A DNA stretch of 64,000 nt from Bacillota bacterium (GCA_030834445.1 JAURFC010000002.1:8504-72503); one strand, 5' to 3'. Counted from the first letter of the stretch, positions 28,076-37,430 are shown. The notes: a model not told the origin generated them from the letters alone. A program made the numbers and translations.

Positions 28076-28890
28076 GTACTGAGTTTATCATGGGGGTTCA
28101 ATTCCATCATTTACCAAAAGTTCATTACGTTCGTTTTCACGAACCTGTTGAACTTCAAACGTGGGTCGTTGTCGATACCCCGAAAGGTCCAGAACTTGGA
28201 CAAGTTAAAAAGCAGGCGGTTCCCATCGAATCCTTTACACGTCAATTTACCGTCGATTCCGTGATTAAAAAAGCGACACAAGACGATATTCGTCAATTTG
28301 ATCGAAACGAAGAAGACGCTAAACAAGCCTTTATACAAGCAAAAGATATTGTTAAAAATCTTCATTTAAAAATGGATATGTTTCGTGCCGAATATAATTT
28401 AGATCGTTCGAAACTTTATTTTCTGTTCATCGCCGAAGAACGCATCGATTTTCGGGAACTTGTCAAAGAGCTCGCCAATCAATTTCACACGCGTATTGAC
28501 TTACGTCAAATTGGGGCGCGTGATCGCGCAAAATTACTTGGTGCGATCGGAGTTTGTGGTTTGCCTTTATGCTGCACCTCCTTTCTTAACGAATTCGATA
28601 ATATTTCGATCAATCGCGCTAAAAATCAAATGCTCTCGTTAAACATTCCCAAATTAACGGGTCACTGTGGAAAATTACTATGTTGCCTTAAATATGAGGA
28701 TGACGCCTATACCGAATTAAAAGAGAGTTTACCCAAAGTAGGAAGTCATTATCGCATAAATCAACAAACATACCGCGTTAGTTCAATGAACGTTTTGACC
28801 CGTGTCATTAAATTACAATCCCCAGAACACGACATCGTATTCATGCATGTGGATGAATTAAGTAAACAAGGTCAAAAAGTTCATGATTAG
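28072..28890 (+). CDS. ricT: PSP1 domain protein (RicT/YaaT)
   Basis: ATGA overlap with holB. Contains CGLPLCC...GHCGKLLCCLKYE Cys cluster and PSP1 domain. Confidence 0.88.
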   Translation: MSTEFIMGVQFHHLPKVHYVRFHEPVELQTWVVVDTPKGPELGQVKKQAVPIESFTRQFTVDSVIKKATQDDIRQFDRNEEDAKQAFIQAKDIVKNLHLKMDMFRAEYNLDRSKLYFLFIAEERIDFRELVKELANQFHTRIDLRQIGARDRAKLLGAIGVCGLPLCCTSFLNEFDNISINRAKNQMLSLNIPKLTGHCGKLLCCLKYEDDAYTELKESLPKVGSHYRINQQTYRVSSMNVLTRVIKLQSPEHDIVFMHVDELSKQGQKVHD

Positions 28891-29737
28891 GCATAAAAGT
28901 TTTCAACCCGAACCAGCCCATACTCTCTATTTCATTGCCACCCCCATTGGGAATTTACAAGAACTCTCTCCAAGGGCATTAGAAATCATGTCGAACGTTG
29001 ATAAAATTGCGTGCGAAGATACACGTGTCACGGGTAAACTTTTACATCATTTTAATCTACAAAAACCTCTCATACCTTGTCACGAACACAACGAAAATCT
29101 TGCATCTCAAACAATCATTCAAGCTGTCCTTCAAGGCGAATCTATTGCGTATGTTTCCGATGCGGGATATCCCGGAATTTCCGATCCAGGACAACGTCTG
29201 ATTCAACTCGCTTTACAATCAGACATTCATGTTGTTGTTATTTCTGGTCCGTCTGCCATTTTAAATGCCCTTGTTGGTTCGGGTCTTAATACAGAACGTT
29301 TTTATTTCCATGGTTTTTTACTTCCCAAAGAAGGACCACGATTGGATGAATTAAAGGATTTGTACACGCGAAAAGAAACCCTAATTTTTTATGAATCCCC
29401 ACATCGTATTGATAACACTCTAAAAAACATGTTAGAAGTTTTTGGAAATCGTCGCGCGGTGATAGCTAGAGAACTCACGAAACTTCATGAAGAATACCTT
29501 CGTGGAACCCTGCAAGAATTGGTCGACACTAACCCAACCACACTTAAGGGAGAAATGGTCGTCCTCGTTGACGGTAATAAAGATGAAATGAGTATTAAGT
29601 TAAGTGATGATGAACTTCGTAAATTAGTGCAAAATCTTACTGAAACCGGATTATCGATGAAGGATGCGATACGTCAGGTTTCTGAAATGACGACCATTCA
29701 AAAAAATTACATTTATAAACTTATGCACCGGAATTAA
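28883..29737 (+). CDS. rsmI: 16S rRNA (cytidine1402-2'-O)-methyltransferase
   Basis: LYFIATPIGNLQELSPRA, CEDTR and SDAGYPGISDPG motifs. Confidence 0.93.
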   Translation: MIRHKSFQPEPAHTLYFIATPIGNLQELSPRALEIMSNVDKIACEDTRVTGKLLHHFNLQKPLIPCHEHNENLASQTIIQAVLQGESIAYVSDAGYPGISDPGQRLIQLALQSDIHVVVISGPSAILNALVGSGLNTERFYFHGFLLPKEGPRLDELKDLYTRKETLIFYESPHRIDNTLKNMLEVFGNRRAVIARELTKLHEEYLRGTLQELVDTNPTTLKGEMVVLVDGNKDEMSIKLSDDELRKLVQNLTETGLSMKDAIRQVSEMTTIQKNYIYKLMHRN

Positions 29738-32700
29738 CGTCGTCTTTTTTTCGTTGAATATACCACGCCGCGCCAGTGACGCCACCCAATAAAACAGCCC
29801 CTGATAATGATAGTAATAAGCCTTCTGTTAAGTACGGGGTCCAATAATGAACGCGATAACGCGTGAATCCTTCACCTGAAACAAATCCGATAAAGCCACC
29901 TTGTGCACGGTATACAGGTGTGGTAAATGATTGACCTTGATCATTCCAATACGTTACGTTCCAACCCGGATCATACGGAGTTTGCAAGACGATAAATCGT
30001 GATTGATCATAATTCGTTTCAAATTCCATGGTGTTTTTTGTATGCGTAAATCGTTCTAAAGGATATGCTTTTAATAAATTGAGGCGTGCAAGATAATCGG
30101 CATATGCTTCTCGGTATAAAACCGGATAAAACATCGTTCCTGAAGAAAACTTGGGAACGATCACAATTCGGCTCACCGGGCGATCGGGGTAATAACCCCG
30201 CATAAACTTGAATGATGTATTGAGAAAACTATGCGCATCCCGAACGATAATCTCGTTATTTTCATCAAAGAAATAAACGGTGGAAAAATGAGAAAGTCGA
30301 AGTTGTAATGCAAAAAAGGAGGTTTCCTCACCAAAATGGTTGCCTGTTGTAGGTGTTAAATGAATGGTCTTAAATTCGCCTTGGAAGTTACTGAGTGTGG
30401 AATTAGGAGGGATCAAGGCGGTTTCACAAGCTTCTAAATCATTTAATAGATTCGGATTAAAAATCGTAGGACATGTGACAAACTCAACGTTCGCAAAAAC
30501 GCGTGCGATTTGACGATTCGGTATATCTTGTGCTTGCAGATGAGGAGCTTGTTCTAGAACGCTTAAAACATCCTCATTATCAAGAATGCCCCCAGTAAGA
30601 TACGCTTCTTCGTTGGTAAGAACTTCCGTGGTGGTATTCGCAAAAAAATCATAAATCGATGCCCCTTCGATTTTATTCGTGCGAATGAGGGTATCAAAAC
30701 TAAACCCCCCTTCGATAAAGTTTTGATTTTCATAAACGGAATTTAATTCGGTTGATAATGCATAATTTTTGGTAAAACCATGCGGAACATTTTGATACAG
30801 ATAATCATAATAGCCCGTTTCTAGATTGGGTTCTGCCGACCGCGTATACGAATCATAAACATTTTGCATCACATAATATTTGATGCCTAAAAACGTATCA
30901 AGATTATAACGTTTTTCATGATATCCCATTGACCAACCACGATAGTTGTAATTCATGTGCGACCACGCATTAAAATCACTGACATGGAAATTGTAAAGGG
31001 AGTGGAAAGCGGTCACCCCGTTATAGCCTAGACGCATACCAAGATTGGTTGATTCGCCACTATTCAAATTGAAAATACGGAATAAATCGTCATCCTCACG
31101 ATTAATGGAAGTAATCACATCGCGCTGATCACGGATGAGGGTAAGGCCATTATCAATTCGGTTGGGATAGCTTACTAATCCATGAATATTCATGATCAAA
31201 GCACCCATGATAATGGATTCAAAAAAGATGGCATTTTTCATGATTTCCGTTAAGGTTTTGGACATATACTGTTTTCGGAAATATAAATAAACACCAATCA
31301 TGTAAAGAAGGGTTCCAATTGCTACCCATTCCCGTTCTTCTAACGCCGTAAAGAAATACTGATTTTCATTCGCTTGAGCGACGGCTAAAGCATAAAATGC
31401 CAACCCAAAAACTACTGCAAATGAGATATCAAAATACCACACCTTAAATGCGGAGCGATGTTCAAATTGTAAAGCAACATAAGCAATGGCAATGGTGACG
31501 ACAAAAATTTGCCAACGGCCATAGTCAATGGTAAAGCCATGAACCACTTGATAGGTAATCGGCGTAAATAACATAAATAGCAAAATACCCAAGGCGATGA
31601 AATGGGAAAATTTCTTTTGTTTAATGGAGTGTAGTAACGAAGGAACAACGAGCATCGTCAAGGGTGTATACATGAATAAACTAGAAATCGTATTATCGTA
31701 ACTCGAAGTACGGAATAAGGTCGATGATCGATTGCTCACTGTTGGAAATAAAAAGGAAATAAGGGGATAAAACTTATTGTACGGTTCTTCTGTCAAAGAA
31801 GAATTTTGCCAAACGGTTAATAATCGCCATAGTTGGTCCCAATCCTCTGCTGTCCAGGTGGCAATAAGCCGATCAAGATACCACGCTCCACCCACACGGT
31901 CGGATGTGATGGCGACCAAGACAGAAGGTAAAAAGACAAATCCTGACATCAATAATCCACTTAAAAAGCCAACAAAACCAAGGCCAATTATCTTCAATGA
32001 ATCTTGCCATGAACGACGGGGTAAAGTTTGAAAATAACGAAAGACGGCATAGAAGAACGCCGTAAAACTCGTCGATACAAGAAAGAAATAATTCGTAATC
32101 CCCATCAAAAACAGGCTGGAGGCTAGAAGGATAATCTTCTTTTCTTTTAAGAGGGTTTCAATCCCAAGTAAAACAAGGGGAAACACCACCGCAACTTCCA
32201 TGAAGTGATTAAACCAAAGGTAATACACCATCCAACCCGAAAAACCATACGCCATAGAGAATAAGCGACTATTGGTTTCGGAAACACCTTGATATTTTAA
32301 ATAAATGCGAAACGTTAATGAGGCTAAAACCATTTTGCCAATCATCAAGATGGCCATTCCTTGAGGGACTAATGCTCGTGGGAAAAGCAAAATAGGAAGA
32401 AAGAATGGATTTAAATAATAATAAAAAGAATTAGAGCCAATGTGGTTCGCCCCAAGGTAGGTCGATGAATCCCATAAAACGAATTCACCCGTGCGAAAAA
32501 AATGCCACCAATCATCATACCCATTCAAATAAAAAGGGATTTGCTGTAACACATAATCCCCGCTTAATGGAATGGTAAATAAATTGGTAACTAGCGCATA
32601 TGCAAAGAACATCACGCCCATAAAAGCGAGGAAAAAAACATAACGCAAAAAGGAATCAGGCTGATTCCATTGGATAGTAAGTCGGCGTGTATGCCGTAAC

Positions 32701-32741
32701 CACCATCGTTGAAATTTACCGCTTAGCTCGATGAGTTCCAT
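29721..32741 (-). CDS. YfhO family polytopic membrane protein (putative glycosyltransferase)
   Basis: 1006 aa. About 13 N-terminal TM helices, a large ectodomain and one C-terminal TM; the architecture and early motifs (QQIPFY..., NPFFLP) are typical of YfhO. Its 3' end overlaps rsmI by 17 bp. Confidence 0.8.
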   Translation of the reverse strand: MELIELSGKFQRWWLRHTRRLTIQWNQPDSFLRYVFFLAFMGVMFFAYALVTNLFTIPLSGDYVLQQIPFYLNGYDDWWHFFRTGEFVLWDSSTYLGANHIGSNSFYYYLNPFFLPILLFPRALVPQGMAILMIGKMVLASLTFRIYLKYQGVSETNSRLFSMAYGFSGWMVYYLWFNHFMEVAVVFPLVLLGIETLLKEKKIILLASSLFLMGITNYFFLVSTSFTAFFYAVFRYFQTLPRRSWQDSLKIIGLGFVGFLSGLLMSGFVFLPSVLVAITSDRVGGAWYLDRLIATWTAEDWDQLWRLLTVWQNSSLTEEPYNKFYPLISFLFPTVSNRSSTLFRTSSYDNTISSLFMYTPLTMLVVPSLLHSIKQKKFSHFIALGILLFMLFTPITYQVVHGFTIDYGRWQIFVVTIAIAYVALQFEHRSAFKVWYFDISFAVVFGLAFYALAVAQANENQYFFTALEEREWVAIGTLLYMIGVYLYFRKQYMSKTLTEIMKNAIFFESIIMGALIMNIHGLVSYPNRIDNGLTLIRDQRDVITSINREDDDLFRIFNLNSGESTNLGMRLGYNGVTAFHSLYNFHVSDFNAWSHMNYNYRGWSMGYHEKRYNLDTFLGIKYYVMQNVYDSYTRSAEPNLETGYYDYLYQNVPHGFTKNYALSTELNSVYENQNFIEGGFSFDTLIRTNKIEGASIYDFFANTTTEVLTNEEAYLTGGILDNEDVLSVLEQAPHLQAQDIPNRQIARVFANVEFVTCPTIFNPNLLNDLEACETALIPPNSTLSNFQGEFKTIHLTPTTGNHFGEETSFFALQLRLSHFSTVYFFDENNEIIVRDAHSFLNTSFKFMRGYYPDRPVSRIVIVPKFSSGTMFYPVLYREAYADYLARLNLLKAYPLERFTHTKNTMEFETNYDQSRFIVLQTPYDPGWNVTYWNDQGQSFTTPVYRAQGGFIGFVSGEGFTRYRVHYWTPYLTEGLLLSLSGAVLLGGVTGAAWYIQRKKDDVNSGA

Positions 32742-33705
32742 GGTTTTTATTATAAGGTTTTTTTGTAAGTTTGTCCTGAGGGGATGGCGTATTTTTTTGA
32801 CTCATGAACTGATGAAATAATTTTGGAATAGGGGCATAGAATTTAAGCTTTTTTTGTGTGATAGGATGATGGAATTCTAAGGCATAAGCGTGGAGGCCTA
32901 ATCGCTTTAATGGATCGGTTTCACTATGGTATTTTTTGTCCCCAATAATCGGGTGTCCCAAATCATTAAGATGAACCCGAATTTGATTTTTTCTTCCTGT
33001 ATCAATCAGTACGTCTAAAAGCGCATGATTGCCAGAGGTTTGTTTAACTTCGTAATGTGTAATCGCTTCTTGGCCTTCATCATCTTCTTCATAATGAGAA
33101 TACATGAGTTGGGTAGTGGTCTGACGTAACCATGATTTAATGGTTTTCTTCTTATCTTTGGGAACCCCTTCGACAATGGCAAAATAGCCGCGTTTGGTCA
33201 CCAATTCGTTCCATCGATCTTGAAGGATGTTTCGAAGATCTTCCCGTTTTGAGAAAAGGAGAATTCCCGATGTGTCGCGGTCAATACGGTGGGTCACATA
33301 AAGGCGAGCATTCGGATTTTTGTCTTGAACATATTCCATCATCACTTTGATGGCGGTTTTAGTTTTTTCTTTATCCGAGGCAATACTTAATAGACCACTA
33401 GGCTTATCAATCACCAAGAATTCTTCATCTTCGTAAATAATTTTAGGTCGCGATACTTTCAATTCAACCTTTCGTTCGGAAAAGACGATGACCATATCGT
33501 TCGCGGCCAAGGGAAAATCAAACCGTGATACGCGGACCCCTTCGACGGCAACTTGCTTATGCCGAAGCAATGACTTGATATTATTTCGACTCATTTTGGG
33601 GAGAGTTTCCCGTAAAAAATCCATGAGAATTCCTGCTTTTTTCACACGAAATTCTTTGAATTTTGGCGCTTTATTATTTCTTGAGGTTGGGTTTGAATTT
33701 TGCAT
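32716..33705 (-). CDS. RluA family pseudouridine synthase with S4 domain
   Basis: HRIDRDTSGILLFSK catalytic motif, GRKNQIRVH, and an N-terminal S4-like segment. Overlaps both neighbours. Confidence 0.88.
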   Translation of the reverse strand: MQNSNPTSRNNKAPKFKEFRVKKAGILMDFLRETLPKMSRNNIKSLLRHKQVAVEGVRVSRFDFPLAANDMVIVFSERKVELKVSRPKIIYEDEEFLVIDKPSGLLSIASDKEKTKTAIKVMMEYVQDKNPNARLYVTHRIDRDTSGILLFSKREDLRNILQDRWNELVTKRGYFAIVEGVPKDKKKTIKSWLRQTTTQLMYSHYEEDDEGQEAITHYEVKQTSGNHALLDVLIDTGRKNQIRVHLNDLGHPIIGDKKYHSETDPLKRLGLHAYALEFHHPITQKKLKFYAPIPKLFHQFMSQKNTPSPQDKLTKKPYNKNHGTHRAKR

Positions 33706-34561
33706 ACAATCTAATTGATTTTAATGGCATTCGGTTGCCTTTGAAAGGAAATTCGTAATCTTGATCATAATACCACCCCACAAAGCGATAACCTTTTTTC
33801 TTCGCTTTCGGAAGAAGTGAGGTATCTTCTCCTACATGAAATTTTTCAGGCGGCAAAGGTTGGCCACCTGCCACATCAAAGTAAATCGCGCGTTTCTTTT
33901 GGAAATAATAGACCAAAAGGAACAACGCAAAAAAGGAGGCTAAAACGATAGGAAGGGTATACGTCTGTTGGCCATAGATTTCTATGATGATCGGGGCGGT
34001 GTAATACGGAATGGATCCAACGACTAAGTTCGCATCGTTATATAGGGGTACTTTATATTCAAGACGATATTGAAAACGACCATTTCGATACGGTGAAAAA
34101 GAAGGTAAGGTGGCTCCTCCGATATCTTCAAACTGTTGTTCCGTCACCCTTGCCGCTTGCCATTGATAACGAACCTGATAGGCTAAGGGTTCATATAAAT
34201 CAAAATAAAGTGTCATCGTTTCCGAAGCAAAACGTTCTCCAACCTCGGACGCACGTATGGTCGCTGGTTGAACGGAGGTCCCTCGATAACGCCATTCTGC
34301 ATACAAGGTTTTCGAAGCGAGGATGGGCACATCAAAATCATGCCACTGCGTTAATGCTTCATCGTCATACCATGCGGTTAGAACGACATTATCACGTGGA
34401 GTAAAGGTGGGTGCAGAAAAAAGAAAATCACCATGTTCAACTTCAACGGTTTGTGTTTGATCATCATTTAAAATAATAAATTCTAAGGTGTGGGCATCGA
34501 CCGCTGACTGCGGTGGAAGAATGGGTAGAAGTGAGAAAGCGGCAAGGACAAATAACTTCAT
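33674..34561 (-). CDS. Type I membrane protein with Listeria-Bacteroides (InlB B-type) repeats on both sides of the TM helix
   Basis: Signal peptide, ectodomain repeat VVLTAWYDDEALTQW...TLYAEW, TM helix LPIVLASFFALFLLVYYF followed by QKKR, and a cytoplasmic repeat GYRFVGWYYDQDYEF...IRLYAKF. Confidence 0.65.
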   Translation of the reverse strand: MKLFVLAAFSLLPILPPQSAVDAHTLEFIILNDDQTQTVEVEHGDFLFSAPTFTPRDNVVLTAWYDDEALTQWHDFDVPILASKTLYAEWRYRGTSVQPATIRASEVGERFASETMTLYFDLYEPLAYQVRYQWQAARVTEQQFEDIGGATLPSFSPYRNGRFQYRLEYKVPLYNDANLVVGSIPYYTAPIIIEIYGQQTYTLPIVLASFFALFLLVYYFQKKRAIYFDVAGGQPLPPEKFHVGEDTSLLPKAKKKGYRFVGWYYDQDYEFPFKGNRMPLKSIRLYAKFKPNLKK

Positions 34562-35238
34562 TAAAAATCAACTTGATTGAAGCGTTGTACGGTCATCGTG
34601 ACGGTTAAATTTCCATTACGTTCACGAATTTTATCAATGAATTGTTTTTGTTTGGTCGATTTTTTGATGACTACGCTATAAGAGATTTCAAAAAGTGTTC
34701 CAAAATCAATGGTTCTTACCCGGTTGAGTTGGGCTGAAAGGCAATATTCATTTAGTAAATCGTCAAATAGATTTTCATAGTTTAAACTTTCAGGTACGAT
34801 GATTCGTAAGGCAATGTTACGATCGGATGTCTTACCAAATTTCAACGAGAATAAAATGAGAATAATGCCCATCATAAACAAGGTAAAGACGGCAGCAAAC
34901 GCAACATAACCTGTCCCGGCAATGACACCAATGACCACGGTTAATAAGACATAGGCAATGTCTTCTGTGTTTCGTTGATTCGTTCGAAAACGTGTAAGCG
35001 CAAATAATCCCCCAACCGCAATCCCTGCGGCAAGATTGTTAGCAAGCATAATCATTAATACTGCGACGACAGGAGGCATCATGACCATCGTCCAAGGAAA
35101 GTCAGAAATAAAACCTTCGTCTCGCTTAATAAACATGTAAAAATAGGCCAAGATAATACCGAGTAAAACGGCAGATACCATGACGACTAACGTCACAGCA
35201 ACCAAATTGTCGAGCTGGGTATTTAAATTATCAAACAT
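34561..35238 (-). CDS. DUF4956 domain membrane protein
   Basis: 225 aa, 4 TM plus a C-terminal soluble domain. Sequence style and obligatory pairing with a VTC-domain gene match DUF4956. Confidence 0.7.
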   Translation of the reverse strand: MFDNLNTQLDNLVAVTLVVMVSAVLLGIILAYFYMFIKRDEGFISDFPWTMVMMPPVVAVLMIMLANNLAAGIAVGGLFALTRFRTNQRNTEDIAYVLLTVVIGVIAGTGYVAFAAVFTLFMMGIILILFSLKFGKTSDRNIALRIIVPESLNYENLFDDLLNEYCLSAQLNRVRTIDFGTLFEISYSVVIKKSTKQKQFIDKIRERNGNLTVTMTVQRFNQVDF

Positions 35239-35965
35239 CGTTACGAATCTCCTTTGCTAATTCAAGTTCATACGCTTTTCCATACTTAGAAAACGAATGA
35301 AGATAGATGTTGTGGCGACTTAGTGCTTTTGCAAACCATAAAGGCATCGCGTCCCCCACTTTGACTTCCATTAATACTTGATCTTCTTTGAGTAAAGAAA
35401 CACCGCGATCTGGGCTTTCAAAATCAAAATTGTCATATCTAGTATAAATGTTTTGATCAAAAGTCACTCTGAAATCTTCATCTTTTTTATCAAAAAATGC
35501 TAAACGATCATATTCAATGAAAACCGCTTTGTTGAGTTCATAAACTTGAGTCATGTAATGAAGTTCTTTTAATATTTGTTGTGAATAGTAATCCGTTCGA
35601 CTCGGAATTTCACCCTTAAGCATAAATTGATCAATTTCGGTCAATGTCATTGAAGCGCGACGTTTGGTCACAACGCCTTGAATTTTTCGTTTCACTTCAA
35701 GAAAAACCAAGTTCGTCCCATCGCCTTGAACACCATACTTACGAATCCGTAATTTTTCCTTGAAATCAGGTTTTAACAAGGAGATCGAGATGAGTTGATG
35801 ATCGATCGTATCGTAATAAACATTACGAAGATGATACGTATTTCCTTCTAAACAATAAGGATCATATTTCATGTGGCGACGAATGGTTTGTAAAAGCCCT
35901 TCGAATTGATGTCGGGTAATGACAAATTTTTTCTCGTACCGCTTAAAGACGTTGGTTTCAGCCAT
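35231..35965 (-). CDS. VTC domain protein (Vtc4-like polyphosphate polymerase / CYTH tunnel fold)
   Basis: MAETNVFKRYEKKFVI start (ExK-type motif), RIRKYG, and FLEVKRKIQGVVTKRR. ATG 35965 is preferred over the track start 36001. Confidence 0.75.
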   Translation of the reverse strand: MAETNVFKRYEKKFVITRHQFEGLLQTIRRHMKYDPYCLEGNTYHLRNVYYDTIDHQLISISLLKPDFKEKLRIRKYGVQGDGTNLVFLEVKRKIQGVVTKRRASMTLTEIDQFMLKGEIPSRTDYYSQQILKELHYMTQVYELNKAVFIEYDRLAFFDKKDEDFRVTFDQNIYTRYDNFDFESPDRGVSLLKEDQVLMEVKVGDAMPLWFAKALSRHNIYLHSFSKYGKAYELELAKEIRNDV

Positions 35966-36002
35966 ACATGTAGTGTAGCAAAAAAGAAAGTAAATGAACA
36001 TA

Positions 36003-36031
36003 TTGACCGAATTGGTCAGTCGCTCTATAAT
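36003..36031 (+). promoter_or_regulatory. TetR gene promoter (TTGACC-17-TATAAT) with operator-like inverted repeat TGACC-N5-GGTCA
   Basis: -35 at 36003-36008 and -10 at 36026-36031. IR at 36004-36018 overlaps the -35. ATG 36038 lies 7 nt after the -10, so the mRNA is leaderless or near-leaderless. Confidence 0.6.
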
Positions 36032-36037
36032 AGGAGT

Positions 36038-36568
36038 ATGTCCGCGAAACTTTCCATCATGAAATCCGCGATTGAAGTCTTTTCAACGTTGGGAATAAAG
36101 AAGGCAAGTATTGCCGATATTGCCCGGCATGCGGGAGTAAGTAAACCGCTTTTATTTCATCATTTCAAAACCAAAGCAGCATTGTATGAAGCGACGCGAA
36201 CATATGCACTTTCTCTCATTCAACATCTTCAAGACGCGTTCCATCAGAATCAAGGGCATTTCTTTGAGAAACTGTATGATCTCCAAATCGCAAAATATGA
36301 ACTTGAACTTGCCACACCTCATCTTTTCGAATTCATTCTCATCGACTTAGAAAAAGTGCCCGAACTCCCCCCTTATCCCTTTACCGAAAAAGATTTGGCG
36401 CTTTTTAAAGACGATGTAAATCCTCAATTTATTTATCAATGGTTTTACGTGATGTCCTTAGGATATCGGCAACGATTATTGGATGGGGCCGATGCTCCCA
36501 CCATTTTCCAAGAATTCCGTAAAGCTTTTGAATACATCAAACATATTTCCCTAAAGGAGGGTGATTAA
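36038..36568 (+). CDS. TetR/AcrR family transcriptional regulator
   Basis: HTH region KKASIADIARHAGVSKPLLFHHFKTK. The track's 5' extension to 35906 overlaps the divergent VTC gene and the promoter. Confidence 0.88.
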   Translation: MSAKLSIMKSAIEVFSTLGIKKASIADIARHAGVSKPLLFHHFKTKAALYEATRTYALSLIQHLQDAFHQNQGHFFEKLYDLQIAKYELELATPHLFEFILIDLEKVPELPPYPFTEKDLALFKDDVNPQFIYQWFYVMSLGYRQRLLDGADAPTIFQEFRKAFEYIKHISLKEGD

Positions 36569-36569
36569 G

Positions 36570-37430
36570 ATGGAATACGCTTTTGAAATTAATTCGTTAA
36601 ATTTTGCTTACTCCTCAAAAAGGGGAAATGTTCTTCATGACATTTCTTTAAAAATTCCAAAAGGTTCCATCTTTGGTTTATTAGGACCTTCTGGGGCAGG
36701 AAAATCAACGACACAAAAAATTCTCATCAAGTTACTCAATGATTACCAAGGCGATGTTCGATTTTTCGGGCAATCGTTAAATGAATTGGGACAAGCTTAT
36801 TACGAACGCATCGGTGTCGGTTTTGAAATGCCTGTTCACTTCAATAAACTTTCAGGTTATGAAAACATGAAGTTTTTTGCATCGTTGTATCAACGGCACA
36901 TTGATTTTGAAAAACTCATGATTCGCGTCGGTCTAGGCAATGCGATGCATCAACAGGTGGGTCAATATTCAAAAGGTATGAAAATGCGGCTCAATTTTGT
37001 CAAAGCGCTTTTAAATGATGGCGATGTTCTCTTTTTAGATGAACCCACCAACGGACTTGATCCGGCCAACGCCCGCATTTTAAAAGACATCATTTTAGAA
37101 GAGAAAGCTAAAGGTAAAACCATCATTATCACGACCCACTTAATGGGTGATGTCGAAGAATTATGTGATGAAGTGGCGTTTATCGCGAATGGGAAACTGC
37201 TAGAATCCTCCAATCCGAAAGCATTAAAACTTAAGTATGGTGTTCGGGAAATTAAAGTAGAGTACCAAGATAAAGAAGGATTAAAACAACACTTTTTCCC
37301 CATGGAGAAACTTGCCAGTGATGCTTTTTTTCAACAATTGATTCAAGAAGACCGTATCGTGACCATGCATAGTCAAGAAACCTCTTTAGATAAAATCTTT
37401 ATTTTGATTACGGGGGAAGATCATGCTTAA
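36570..37430 (+). CDS. ABC transporter ATP-binding protein (ABC-2/DrrA-like)
   Basis: Walker A GPSGAGKST, signature YSKGMKMRL, Walker B LFLDEPTNGLD. SD aaggaggg upstream of ATG 36570. Confidence 0.92.
   Translation: MEYAFEINSLNFAYSSKRGNVLHDISLKIPKGSIFGLLGPSGAGKSTTQKILIKLLNDYQGDVRFFGQSLNELGQAYYERIGVGFEMPVHFNKLSGYENMKFFASLYQRHIDFEKLMIRVGLGNAMHQQVGQYSKGMKMRLNFVKALLNDGDVLFLDEPTNGLDPANARILKDIILEEKAKGKTIIITTHLMGDVEELCDEVAFIANGKLLESSNPKALKLKYGVREIKVEYQDKEGLKQHFFPMEKLASDAFFQQLIQEDRIVTMHSQETSLDKIFILITGEDHA

Noticed and set aside
35966-36001. 5' extensions of track ORFs using TTG/GTG or upstream ATG. Affected: VTC 36001, TetR 35906, heliorhodopsin 45209, SPT-like 63469, aminopeptidase 11883, gcvPB 2566, ricT 28036, znuB 54516, SOUL 52663, dnaX 24245.
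   Set aside because: The extensions run through promoters, SDs or the neighbouring gene. Internal ATGs sit at proper SD distance or match the conserved N-termini of the families.
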